Assembly (NCBI GenBank): GCA_024704765.1
Contig: JAKMXF010000295.1
Span: forward strand, 372,001-436,000
Direction: 5' to 3'
Origin: Oopsacas minuta
Lineage: Eukaryota > Animalia > Porifera
DNA length: 64,000 nt
In this document: positions 1-13,066 of the stretch, in pieces
Numbering within the stretch: the first letter of the stretch is position 1
How the letters are laid out: each line of letters begins with the position of its first letter
Program-made: the position numbers and the translations under genes
The notes under the pieces: model-generated
What the model was told of the DNA's origin: nothing
The model's database searches: none
What the model saw: only the letters and a program-made list of their open reading frames with translations

Positions 1-1130
1 TTAAATTAATTAATCATGTCATTCGAAGTATAAGTCAAAGATGTTAAAATACGATAATTATATGATTAATCAAATAGATTTAGAAACGTCAAAATTGGAA
101 TCTACATACTAGAATACCCCTGAAAAACATTGGAACGAAAAATCTAGCATCGATTGGAAAATTGAAACATTTGCAAAAGGTGTGAAAGTATGATTAATCA
201 TGTGATAAATAAGTGAATTTTAACTACCTGAAAATCTCAAATTGGACACTACGGACCCAACTACACCTGATGTCAAGTATAGTTTTGTATTGATGAATAT
301 ATTCATTCAAATCCTATCATATTCAGGGCCAGCGCCACCCTAGGTGTCTTGGGCGTCAGGATACCCCCTACCACGCAAGAATTTGTCATTACTTTCTATG
401 TCAAGGGTTGTTTAGGCACCCACTGTGAGCACCCAATGGTCTCAAAGCCAGCGCCAGACTTAAGATTCCTCCAAATCTTATCAAATCCTTTTGAAATCCT
501 TTGAAATCCTGATCAAATATATCAAACTATTTTACCAGCATATGTATTAAATCATTTGATAGTGATTTGGCAAATCACAAGTGTGACAACATGTTGAAGC
601 TTAATCTCTAGCATGCTTTCTATTTGATATAGAAATGTGTGAAAATTTGATTAATCACCAAAAAAGGAGTAAAATATTCACTTCAGAAAAATTTTATACC
701 TGAGGTGAAATTCTCCAGGTTTGCCGTGGGAAGGGAAATTCAATCCCCATCCCATTCCCACGAGTTTTGCCCATATGGGAATTCTCATGGGTTTCTCATT
801 AGGGTAATTCCTATGGGCTTTTCCTTTAGCATTTGCTGCCCACGAAATTTTATAGGAAACAATGTTGTTTACTTTCTAGCAACGGAATTGAAATCATACA
901 TGCCAACTGTCCCGTTTATGGATGTGTTGTCGGCCTGAGGCTAATGTCCCGCCAAAACTTTCCGAATAACCTTAATAAACCCGCTTTGAATGCCCTTACT
1001 GTTTAAATCTGTATCCTCTGATCTAAAGATAAAATTTCGCATTCGCATCTGGGAGTTTACAAATTCCACATCAGAATCTACATTAATTGCAGTCAATTAT
1101 TGAGACTATATTCAGTGTTGTGACTAATCA

Positions 1131-1890
1131 CTATAAAATGATAATCGATTGTGATCGATTACCAGTGTAGCTCACTATCTCTAGTTCACTTGATGCAACG
1201 AGTTGATGACGATATGCAAAATACTTCATATAAATTGGTATAATATAATCTGGTTTACAAAGACGCAACTCTGTGTATTTCCGCTTTCCAATCTCAAGTA
1301 TATCAATCAAGGCTTCTGCTTTGTTAAATTTAGAATACATTGAGATGGAGCCTAATTTGCAGTTGAAATTATATCTTACAAATGTCAGAAGTCTTCCTAT
1401 CATTATCCTTCTTAGCAATTTTTTGTAGATTCATCGATGCTATTTGCTTGGGATATACACCTCCCTACTAGCAATAAAACTAATATGCTCAGGGAGGGGA
1501 GCAAGTCGTTATGTCAAAGATTCCATATCTATGACAAGAATATGCTTCCTTGAAGGTAATTGACTGTTCAATGGATACGTTTCCATAGCTTTAGGGGTGG
1601 ATTAGCGGGAACTGAGAGACTCTATTATTCTATTCCAGTCATCAAAATGACTTTTCTTTCGAAAGGCTACACGTTGAGAGACCAATTCTTTTAATATTTA
1701 TCTAAAGTGAAAAACTCTAAATGAGGAATCTGAAATATTTCCAAATCCTTGTAGCATCATTTACGTTGTTATTGTCACCCTTTAGGAGGTTGTTAGCTTC
1801 CAGGTTATTCATCTTCAATAGTATTGTTTAGTAATATTCTGTGCATTTTCATAGTCGTCTGACTCCGAACATTTTTCGGTCATTAACTGG
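1131..1890 (-). pseudogene. N-terminal fragment of a Transib/RAG1-like transposase
   Basis: EALIDILEIGKRKYTELR and the upstream KHILVIDMESLT*RLAPL resemble the equivalent segments of the 53-55 kb element (LLEKLEVG...; KKSLADLTTKGLRNRLSSL). Many stops; ends approximate. Confidence 0.45.
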
Positions 1891-2186
1891 TACGGATATA
1901 TACTGTCATTATCCTAAATCACAATCTTGTAAATACACAAATGTAGTAAGTAATCAACATCCTATAAATAACCACAAATTTGTTTATAGTTTTTCTATTC
2001 CATACTATTTTTAGTTATTATCTAAAATTTAAGAAATATTTTCAATTTAAACGCATTTTTAGCAATTATCTTTATTCACAAGCTTGTAAAAATTTAATCA
2101 AAGAATTTCTTCATACTATTAATAGCACATTTGTATAAGTATTCTTCTATTCACGGTATTATAACATTAATTCATTAATAAATTAG

Positions 2187-3200
2187 TTAGCTGTCATTTC
2201 CAATGCAGTTATTGCGAGTAGTTGTCAAAAGGAGTACAAAGTGAAATGAAAGAAAAAGACTTCTGTATATGTCACAAGGATGTGGTACTCGGGTCTCCAG
2301 TTTGTGATTAGGAGAGAACAATTTGTAAAAGTTTCGCATTAAGGGGATAGTTGTCGGTGGAGATAACCTCGACGAATAAGCCATAATCTTCTACATCACG
2401 AATACAAGATATTATAGTCTCGAAGAACTTCTCAGCAGATACAGAAGCACATAGAAGTAGACGGACGATACATAACGACTTCTTATACAAGCTAAATATC
2501 ATAATAGCGAAGATAGTCTTGGTAGGATCATCTGTATCTAGATTAGAAGCAAACAATCTTTCTCCATAATAAGAAATATCTGATTTCACGTGAATTGCAT
2601 CTCGAGCTGGCAAAGAACAAATCGGGGCCTAGAAACTTTAGGGGAAGGAATTTAGTCATCACTAGATTCCGAATCGTACATGCTATCAATGACCTATTGG
2701 ATATGGCTTTTAGCAGATGCAATATTAAATACGGTATCAGAACTATTGAACTAATGTATATTCGTTCGGATACCATGTAGACCTGTTTTATCAACTGAAA
2801 GAAAAGGTAATTTAGCTTGTAAATCTTGGAAACAGTGAATCCTGATCTTCTCCTTCTCTTCAAATCCTAACTAGACTACTAACTCGAATATCAAGATTAT
2901 TCTTAATACCCCTGATATTGGATTGATTTCTCTTATTATTTGTTGACATTTCAAATTTCAAATTCCCGTCGTTCAAGTGATCTATTAATAATACATGGAG
3001 AAGTTGTTTCCTAGCAACGCAAGGATGAAACAGGAATGTGACAACATTCCATTCTCAAATGCTTGCTAAACATATCGAATGACTCCACATTCGACGCTAC
3101 TAGGCGAGCTGAGTTTAGTTATATACTTATTAACTCTCTAAATTGTCATTTGACTTGATTGTGGGAATGTTCTCAGTCATACCTCATTATATTTCAACGT
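2187..3200 (-). pseudogene. P-element/THAP9-like transposase remnant
   Basis: D(A)IHVKSDISYYG, TIFAIMIFSLYKK, EVISTDNYPLN and VPHPCD...LFLSFHFV..L..TRNN are recognisable P-transposase motifs in broken frames. Confidence 0.7.
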
Positions 3201-5915
3201 ATCTCTATCTTAGTCCAATAGAAATTGATCCGGTACTCTGCCAATATAGATAACAAGCAATTTTAGGTTTCCAATGCTGAATATACATGCCTAATGCATA
3301 TTTATATATTGTACCAATTTCAATCTTGTGTAAAGTAGATTTTCTGGCATTCTTAGGAAGCTGTTTTGACTGATAATTCATTGATACATCCCCAAGCGAG
3401 AAACTCTTCGAATCACATCGAATCAACTTTTAACCATCAGATCTTTGATATACTAAGTATATTTACATACATAAATTATGCTATCTTGTTTCGTAAAAAC
3501 TTAGACATGAAGTATTTCATTTAGCGTATTGTGTAGATCTTAAAGCTACGTGTTATTACAATACAGACAATATCATAGTCTATTCATGTAAAATATGTAA
3601 GAAATATCAAAGATTATTGAAATAGAGAGGTCGATCTAGCAAATTCGTGTAAAAGACAAGGAGGGTCGATTTGACCATAGCTAACTCAAGTCAGCTTGCG
3701 GCGTCGAACAAGGGGTCATTCGAAATGTTTTACATAATATTTGAGAATGGAATGTCGTCACATTCCTGAGGCTTTCTTGCGTTGCCAGGGAAGTTCTTTC
3801 CAATTATTTGTCAAGTGACAACTTGAACGACGGGAAATTACGCTGTTAACGATCTGAATATTGACATGTAAATTGGATTCAAAATTTGCACGTTGGCTGC
3901 ATTTAGCTGGTGCAAAATGAAATGCTATGTCACTATTTGTGTTCACAGTTTAAGGTTACATAATTGGAAACATTGTTTTTCGAATTCCTTTGGCCATAAG
4001 CTATCCCAAAATATATAGAGTAACAAATCCCAACGAAATAACACAAGGAAACGAACGATCAGCTCTAGTTCTGAGGAAGGGGCAGTTTACGACTATGAGT
4101 CTTTTCAACCAATAAAATCTGAATTTCAACACACACCTTGCAATCTGTCATGAAATTTCTCAAGAAATATATTGGTCCAAATACTGGATGATCACATTCC
4201 GATTGAAATTATGCCATCCCATTCAGCCATTTCTAGATAAAACTCTCCAGATTCACTTTCGTTGGTTCGTTTTCAATATCTGAATTGACCTCCAACCATT
4301 CATGCACAATAAACATCAGTTTCTGCATTGCACATTTGGGTGTCAGCCTGAAGAAGGCTAAGAGGTTCATTAACTAAACTTTTACTTAAACAAGATATTC
4401 ACTATATGTATTCTCTATGCTACATGCTGGCAATACCAGGAGTCTCAAACTCCTCCCTTTGTTCATTTACCGAACTAATGAAATCATTCAAAGCACAAAC
4501 TCATTTTGCCAAATATCTGGTATACTAAATATAAACTATATCCCTGGTTGTGCCATGACTAACCAAGAAACGAATAGTGGACTACATTCAACAAAGCTAT
4601 TACAATAAGTAATTGTGATCAATTAGTGAATTGATAACACTCATTAATAAATCATCATCCAGTGAAATGCAAAAATCCACCAACATTAAGCAATTTGGAT
4701 AATCCATAAAATTTTACACCATCTACCCAGAATTGAACTTCGCAGGTATTAAAGAAATAATAACTATGTTCTTCGCTCAAGTCACTAAAAACTATCAGAA
4801 TCAGTCTTCAATTTCTCATACACTGTTAAATCAGAAGCTGATAATGCCCATACAATAATGAGCCTATCATGTCAATAGAAGAAGTCCAATTATATAGGAT
4901 GTCAAAGAATATACAGGTAAGAAAAACAAAACTGAACCTGTGTAGAATATTATTTACCCCGTTTCACTCTCACACCTGACTTAAAATTTGAATGTCTCTA
5001 GGACTTTTCAATATTTTTTAATGAAAATAAATTTACATATAGGTACGTCAATATCACTCAGTTGTGTATAGGAAATTTCAGAATCGAATTCTAACTTTTA
5101 GGTGGGTAAATTAAAGGGAGGGTTAACCCTAATAAATCTAACTAAAGAGTAACTAAAGCAAAATCAAAGACAAAACACATTTACGTAAAACGTCCAACTC
5201 TCTTCTTTCGAATGATATTTCGTTAAATTTTGAAATGTAGAAGTGATTCAAATTAGTGATTGAATTGACCCCATTTGAATACTAGGCTAACTTCACACTT
5301 GTATCGATAGTAACAATAAACAGATTGAAATGCGTGGTCTTACTATTGCAGGTAGTAATTTGGAAAGGATCGGGATCTATCAGAAATTATCGATCTGATC
5401 CCGATCACAATCCTAATTCTCCAATTAGATTGACGATCCTCCAAAGTATCTCGATCCGGATCGTACAATCTTAGATCGAAGGTTTAACCATCGAAGTGAG
5501 GGCATGGGGGCGTTGTAACTCTTATGGTGGAGTCTAGGGGCGTCCCTTGGACGACAAACTATAATTTCTACCAAATCAATTATCTTTCTACTGTCACGTA
5601 GCTTTGAATCTAGAAACAATTTCTTATAACTGCGTCATGCACATTCTGTTTGGAATATTTCTGATTGACTTTGTGCTTTGGGAATATGAATAAGATGAAT
5701 AATTTGCTCAATGTAATAATCGAAAAATATTACTCTGGTCCGTAGAGCAATTGTTCAAGATATATCCCTGATATTTGGGTAAGATAACATAATATTAAGT
5801 GTGAGATGCGAGCAAAGCGAGTCGACATTTTACAGTTTGCAACTTTAGCCAAATATTGCATTCAATCAATATCTATATTATTCAAACCCAATTAATCTGT
5901 AAATATATGTGTATA

Positions 5916-6155
5916 CAGTCTTGCCTTGAATAATACACCTACTCGAATAATAGCGCCCCTTGAGGCTCGTAAAATACAAAAAATGAATCATTTTACCCTT
6001 ATATTATGGTCAATCTACTGTTCGTAAGGTTAAATACACAAAAGGCAAGCACATAGGTATGATTATATCGAAATTATCGTGTAACATGAATCGAAACTTC
6101 GCTCTCAAGGGGCTTAAAATTTATAATCGTTCGGCTATTATTCGAGGTAATACAG
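5916..6155. mobile_element. Tc1/mariner-type (pogo-like) MITE
   Basis: Imperfect termini TA-CAGTCTTGCCTTGAATAA ... TTATTCGAGGTAATACAG-TA, about 16/20 match, TA-flanked. Confidence 0.4.
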
Positions 6156-7149
6156 TAAATAATATATATATATGTATGTTTGAATCGAAGAAGAACCCCA
6201 AGGCTGATCTTAGGCATACAGAAATATTTTATGCCTGGCTCGGGAGAGTTCGAGCCTTGGACGAAATTCAAACCTGGCAAAATTATGACGTCATTGTCAG
6301 CTATTTAGACTTTCAAAATATCCACAATATTTGCAACTGCTGAGTCAATATACATGAAAGAAGTTTGAAATTGAATCACAGGTACCGCTCAATATGCCAA
6401 AATGTCCTGACCTCATGATTCTGGCCAAATGCAAACTCATCGTGGACTGATTATGTCATCATTGCAGTTTGTTTCAATCGTTGCAAATTTGGCTAACTCT
6501 ACATTCAGATCAGAATGCTTTCAATGCTTCATCAAAGATTATGGTATATCTTCTTGTGCACTCGGCACCTTATAAATATGTACACTAACAACTAAATTAC
6601 CCGATGGGCAACCGTCCTTTCATTTGAATAATGGGCTTATGAACTAATTTCTGGGAATTTACTCCTTGGTGCTAATATAGAGCATACAAACTGAAAAACC
6701 TATTGCAACCAACAGCATTGAATTCAAAATCCTAGAAACGCTAGTACAAATGGTTAAGTGAAGTCTTGAGAAAGAAAGGTTAACACATTCTTAAGATTGC
6801 GTTGCTATAGATATATTCCAAAATAATTCAGGTGGTTAAAGATACGAAGTTGGATATATGACAAATAATAGAATCAGTATAAATATTTGTCTAGATTATA
6901 ATTGTAGAGATTTTAGGATTATGCAAAACGCGAGGGCTTCTCTTGATATGTCAAGTTGTGATGTGAGGCGTCTAAACACCAACTGGTTTGCTGTAATTAT
7001 AATGTCTCCTCGGAGCCTCGAATATTACGAAATTTTATGAAAATATATCCAATAAAATCGAATGCTACAGGGAAACTAACACATATATTAATGAAAAATA
7101 CACAAATGTAGTTAAGTGAGATAGAAAGTATATTCCAGAATTGCAGCAA

Positions 7150-10133
7150 TCAGAATATGTTAGTGATTTGTTCAATATTTCTGATATCTTCCATTATCTG
7201 AAAAGATGATGTACCAATTTGTTTCGCTAATTCGTTTTTTTCTTTTATTCCTAAATATGTGTATTTCCATAGCAAATCTCCATCGATAATATTTTTCTGA
7301 GGAGAGGATTGTAATCTATTCAACATATGTGCAAGCCTGTAACTTTTTGGGTTTAAACCAGCAGGGTGTTGGATGCACTGTACTAACCTACTTTGTAGTG
7401 TTTGTAAGCGACGGAAAGTTTTTTCTGATAAAGGTACTATTAAACCGATTGATCCATCTAAAGTCGAATAAAATGTGACATGTCTTTTCTCATTCAGAGC
7501 CATGCCAGTAATATGGTGTGCAGTAGACCTAGAGTACACTGCCGGTTTACATCTGATACGGAACATTGAATTAATATGCGAACCTATATGAATATCACCT
7601 TGACGGATTAACCTTAAACCTCCGATGCTACCGGGATCATCGGGTTGATATTGAAAGAGATGTAAATTTTTGCTCGAGTCTGATACAAGAAATCCCAATT
7701 GATTACCATCAATTACATATTCAATAGAATAAACTCTAAGTTGATAAGGGTCCTTACTTATGAGTGATAACGATTTTTGATCTTCTCTATACTGCAATAA
7801 TTGAATTGATTTTGAAATGTCAGCCACAAGAATATAATTCTTTAAACTGATTGCTGAGTGAATGTATAATTCAGCATCAATAAAAGCAACACCTATAAGT
7901 TCTTTGGTATCTTTGAAGTTCCACATAAATATCTTTTTACCAATACATGTAAATAATAGTCCATCAACATGATCAATGGCTGAAATTGGGCCAATTTGTT
8001 CCTTATCATATAGTAATTTTAATCTGTTCCTTGTCAAAGGTTTTCCCGGCTCAGGGACGACGTCAATAATATCAAATATTAAAATTCTCCCCTTCGCAGT
8101 AAAGTCTTCACCATATAATACAGTTGTTCCAACGCAAATGAAGATCTTGAGACCACTTGCACGTTCTTGCGACCTTAAGTGGAGAGATTTCAGTGCAGTC
8201 ACATGTTCAAAGGGATACAATTCAAAACGAGTGTTCGGGATTGCTTCCCAATTAGTTGGAGAAAATAACTCTATGAAATACTTCTCTTGATAAGGATAGA
8301 TAAACCTCGGGCCTTTGGAAACAGTTTCAAACTCTTCAGTATCGTCTCCAGTACTTTTTATTAGAATATTTCCCTTCATTTTATTACTCAATGCAAGTGC
8401 ATATGTTTTACTTTCAATATGATATGCAACAAAATGTGAAGTACATCGTAAAGGTACCTTCCTTAAAGGCCATGGTGATTCTAAATTCAAAAATGTGGGT
8501 AACAATGCAATCCTTAATATACCTTCTCTATTATAGTATATGCAACCAAATTTACAATTTTCATTATGAAAACACGCAAAGGATTCAACTGGTCCATCTA
8601 TAGACATTGGATGAATAAAATAAGTTCCTTTATGAGATTTGAAAATCCACTGTGGGTAAGGTCCACAAATAAAAACACCGGGATAAGTACCAATATTAGA
8701 AAACTCTCTAAATCGTGGTGGACTAATCTTCCTATGAATGGAATAAACATTTTCAAAATTTGCAGTTTCACATTCCTCGATATTAATGGTATTTCTGTCA
8801 TTCATTAATATACTAACCAATTCTCTTCTAAATCGAAATAATAAATGTCCATCATGGGAAGAATAGCTTATTCTAAATGCTTTATATAAAACCAAATCGT
8901 TGTTGATTATGGCTAATAGATATGGTGATTTCCCATCAATATCAAGGCTAGTAAACAAAATTTCTTGAACGATAGATTTAGTACTAGTTACTGATTCAGA
9001 AACACCACTATCTGAATCGATATGGCCACAATCAATCAATAATACGGGAGCAAATGAAAAGTTTCGAACCATAAATACAGTGTTAAATTTGGGTAAGGAC
9101 AGAATTTCAAGACAACCATTATCCTTAACCAGAGCGAGCCAATATGAAGGAAATTTTTCTGATTCCTTATTGAATTGTTCATCCTCATTTTTTTGATGCA
9201 TTTGTGTGCCTCCATTGATAGCGATATCAAAATTCTTTACTGTTGACGGTTGAATTGTGAATATATTGGCATTATCAACATATAAGGAAAGTGATACAAT
9301 GACTAGAGAAGAACGTACTGGGATAATAGATAAAACAATTGACTTATCACAATGCACTTCAAAGAAAATAAGTTTATTAGACTCAAGTAATAGCACACCA
9401 AAAGGGTCACATATACTACAAGCAAGAACTTGACTATCAAATTGTTTCATAGAAATGGACTGCAAACATTTTAAATTCTCAAGTAAAAGTATAGAATCGC
9501 TGCACACTTGAATAAACAGCTGATTCGAAAGAACATTCCCTGCAAAGATAGTCTTTTCATTAGTACAAAATCCAGTTTGATCCTGGTCAAGTTCAAGGAT
9601 TTCTTGTCCAGTTTGTAATATCATTGTAGAATCAGTCTGAGAAATAAGTAAGAAGCGATGAAATTCGTCTGCATTAGTCTTTAATGTCCACATGTCTTGA
9701 GAACCGATTAATTCGGAAGTAGTGACTAATTGAGGATGAATACTTTTCTGCAAAACTGCAAGTGAACCATTTTTACTATGGCCAACACAACCTACCAACT
9801 CTAAATCAGAATCAACACTTTCGGAAAATTCTTCTGAGATGTTTAATGGCTGGCCAATTGTCATGGAAGCTATGGGAGAAATATTGGTTAAGCTATCGCA
9901 TACTTCAAAAGTATAAGATCCAATCCTAAAATATAATTCATTTTCAGAGAATATTGATAAACCATACATTTCCAAATCGATGTCGTCTTTGATTTCTTTA
10001 AGTTGATTGTTAGTTTCTTGCACATGATCTACATGATCATCAATATTAGATTTATCACATTTTTCACAACTATGAATCTTAGGAGAAGAAATAGGAAAAA
10101 ACTTTAACAGCAGTGAGTTTCCTAATCTTGAAC
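7150..10133 (-). CDS. CPSF1: CPSF1 coding exon 3 (remaining beta-propellers and C-terminal domain)
   Basis: Acceptor TATTATTTTAG|GT at 10134/10133 restores GSRLGNSLLLK. Uninterrupted frame through WPLRKVPLRCT, GDIHIGSHIN, STLDGSIG, HPAGLNPKSYR, NIIDGDLLWKY to TGA at 7152-7150. Spliced total is 4107 nt, or 1368 aa. Confidence 0.95.
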
Positions 10134-11410
10134 CTAAAATAATACATACAATATTATACAAGTCATAGACTACTAAAGATAAGGATAGATCACTATTTTT
10201 GACCTGGGAAAAAGGAAGTAGATATATTTTGATGGGCAATTCTCTATAAACGCCGATAATAAGAAACTGGTCAGTTTTAACCAGAATATATGTATCATTG
10301 ATGTGTTTTTGTAAATTGGTACATATCAATAATGCATTCATTCAGGCGCGATTATAAAATCGCCCATCAAAATATCTACGATTCGGAGCGCCTGCATTAG
10401 TTCGAATTTGGACAGTTGTCATTAGATCCAATTTGGACAGTTGCTGTTAGTTCGACAGTAATTTCAGACAGTTGGTGTTAGTTCGACAATAATTTTAAGG
10501 TTTTCATTGGCATTACCCGAAGCTGTGAATCATATACTACTATTGTTCCATTAAAATTTGTAGGTATTTTTAAGGTTATATCGGATATCATTTCGCAATA
10601 CCTTGAGGTTTCAGCCCAGCTACAATGTTTCGTCGATTAGTATAAATAATACATAATAAGATAATTATCATGCAACTCCATAGAATACAAATTGGCAGAT
10701 TATCGACGCCAGAATGGCAGGATTTTTCAAACTCCAGATGGTCATAAATATTACGAGTCTAAAGTAAGAGAAAATAATGTTTATCTAAGTTGTGTTCTTT
10801 TCAGAAATGGATGTTAAGCTACTGCGAAGTTAAATTTAGTCTCAAATCGAATCACTCCTGCTATAAACCATAATCATGGCATTATAGAATATCAGTCTGA
10901 CGTCTATGAATTAAAATCAAAATGTAAGACTCGTGCACGAAACTCGCAGGATAACCATAGAAAAACTTTCGATGACATAACTCGTGAAGATGATGCAGCG
11001 TTTCATCTGTTCTTTCCTGAATGCGAATCCTCAATGTATCATTCAAGGAGAGAATTGCAACCAAAGATTCCAACATCTCCTACAGAATTTTCTGATATGT
11101 TGCCAAATTCAACATATGGAGTATTTTATAGATGTACTGTCTCTATCAATGGCCACACTGCTATTATGTTTGGAAGTCCGACATCTCGCTACACGACATT
11201 TCGCTACAGACATTTCGTTACAGCGACATTTCGTTACATGACATCTCGCTACTTATTTGATTGGTCAATTTTAATTATTATTTGTAATCAAATTTTAAAG
11301 TAGTTTAACGGATTGAAAAATAAATAAAGTACTTGATTTCAATATAAAATTGTAAGTAGAGTTAAATACTACTCCTAAATTGTTCTTGAAATAAGGATTC
11401 GATAATAATA

Positions 11411-12310
11411 CAGTTAAGGGACAAAAGTATTCGACCACACAAATATATTGTCATAAATTGTATACTCTTTCCCGTTCCTATATATTGTATAGTCTATATT
11501 CGTAGCTGCAATCTAGTAATTTGTATAGAATAACATGTTTTTCAAGAATTTCAAAAAAATATTTTCGATTTACACTTTTTGAAGGTGTTAATTATTAATA
11601 ATTATTAGATAATTATTGATAATCAAAATATGTGGTAATTCAAAACCTATTAAGAATCTATAATTTCTGACTTGATATTTGAATTCTACTTAGGCGAGTT
11701 ACCCCAGATTAAATTTTCAATGGGATTGAACAATTTTTGCCAGAGTTATAGATAAATTTCAATTTGTGCCATTTGTGCCACCTTTTGCCCAAGGGGCACA
11801 AGTGGCCGTTACCAAGAGGTTATTTTGTAATTCAAGGGTTAGCATAGTCATATAATTCGAAAATATTACTATGACTTATTCCTCCTAACCCTAGTTGATT
11901 TCCTTGTAGTGGCGCTTTTTCCTGCCACCGGTGTCACCTTTTGCAACAAGTGGCACAAATTGAAATTCTTCTATAACTTTGGTAAAAATTGTTCAATCCC
12001 ATTGAAAATTTAATCTGGGGTAACTCGCCTAAGTAGAATTCAAATATCAAGTCAGAAATTATAGATTCTTAATAGGTTTTGAATTACCACATATTTTGAT
12101 TATCAATAATCATCTAATAATTATTAATAATTAACACCTTCAAAAAGTGTAAATCGAAATTTTTTTTTGAAATTCTTGAAAAACATGTTATTCTATGCAA
12201 ATTACTAGATTGCAGCTACGAATATAGACTATACAATATATAGGAGCGGGAAAGAGTATACAATTTATGACAATATATTTGTGTGGTCGAATACTTTTGT
12301 CCCTTAACTG
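11411..12310. mobile_element. 900-bp fold-back MITE (Tc1/mariner-type ends)
   Basis: TA-CAGTTAAGGGACAAAAG ... CTTTTGTCCCTTAACTG-TA. Arms about 360 bp (11411-11771 and 11951-12310) are near-identical, around a spacer of about 180 bp. Confidence 0.9.
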
Positions 12311-12374
12311 TATAGGAATTTCAATATATCAACTGTGAATTTCTAAGGTCAAACTTGTATAGTTTCCCTGATAG

Positions 12375-12515
12375 GTAACATGCTCTGACCAAGGTAGATG
12401 AAAGTTATTTTAGGATTCGTATATATGCTTCATCATGAGCAGTATATTACTGCTCATGATGAAACATTTACGAATCCTAAAATAACTTTCATCTATCTTA
12501 GTCAGAGCATTTTAC
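12375..12515. repeat. 141-nt near-perfect palindrome (hairpin)
   Basis: TGCTCTGACCAAGGTAGATGAAAGTTATTTTAGGATTCGT...CATCATGAGCAGTA-TAT-TACTGCTCATGATG...ACGAATCCTAAAATAACTTTCATCTATCTTAGTCAGAGCA. Confidence 0.85.
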
Positions 12516-13066
12516 TGTATTTTCAAAATTATAAACGACAGCAATATTTTCTTGGAATTCAAGGTCGCTTCGCTTACCATGAACTAGTGGAGTGACCAAT
12601 TGCTGGAGGCAAGCGTGAAAACGCCTTTTGGTGTTCACAGTACTTCTATAGACCGTCATAACTCCAGCACCAACCTTTCGGATATATGCGAAAAGTATTT
12701 ATCTTGTATACATGACATACCGTTTACGAAACACACTTAAATTTGGGAGATACAAATATCACAAAAACTTTGATCCTGCTCGACCGTTCAAGGCGCGATT
12801 AATTAGTTCAAGTGTATAAAGCTAGCAAACTACCCGTCCATTTCGACAGAATGTCATTAGAAGTACCTTAGTTAGTTAGCAGTAGGAACAGCTGAAATAA
12901 CGCATCAGAAACTACGCAGAATTTCTAATTGGATGTATATGGCCCAATAGTAACTTATATAATGTTGGAATATGAATTGGTACGGTTACTGACGCTATGA
13001 GGAACACTTGGTATTTTGTATAGGACTATTCATGGCATAAAGATATGCTACTATTTCATTGGTATA

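Noticed and set aside
705-938. 77-aa ORF
   Set aside because: Non-ATG start, lies over CCCATGGG-like repeats, and has no protein-like features.
7976-8808. Plus-strand ORFs overlapping CPSF1 exon 3
   Set aside because: Antisense shadow frames with no recognisable motifs.
10134-10341. First 69 aa of the 1063-aa ORF
   Set aside because: Intronic read-through. CPSF1 similarity starts exactly at the AG acceptor at 10134.
11178-11252. Short tandem GACATTTCGCTACA repeats resembling a CRISPR array
   Set aside because: No spacers, eukaryotic context, and mirrored at 17590-17635 as MULE TIR subrepeats.
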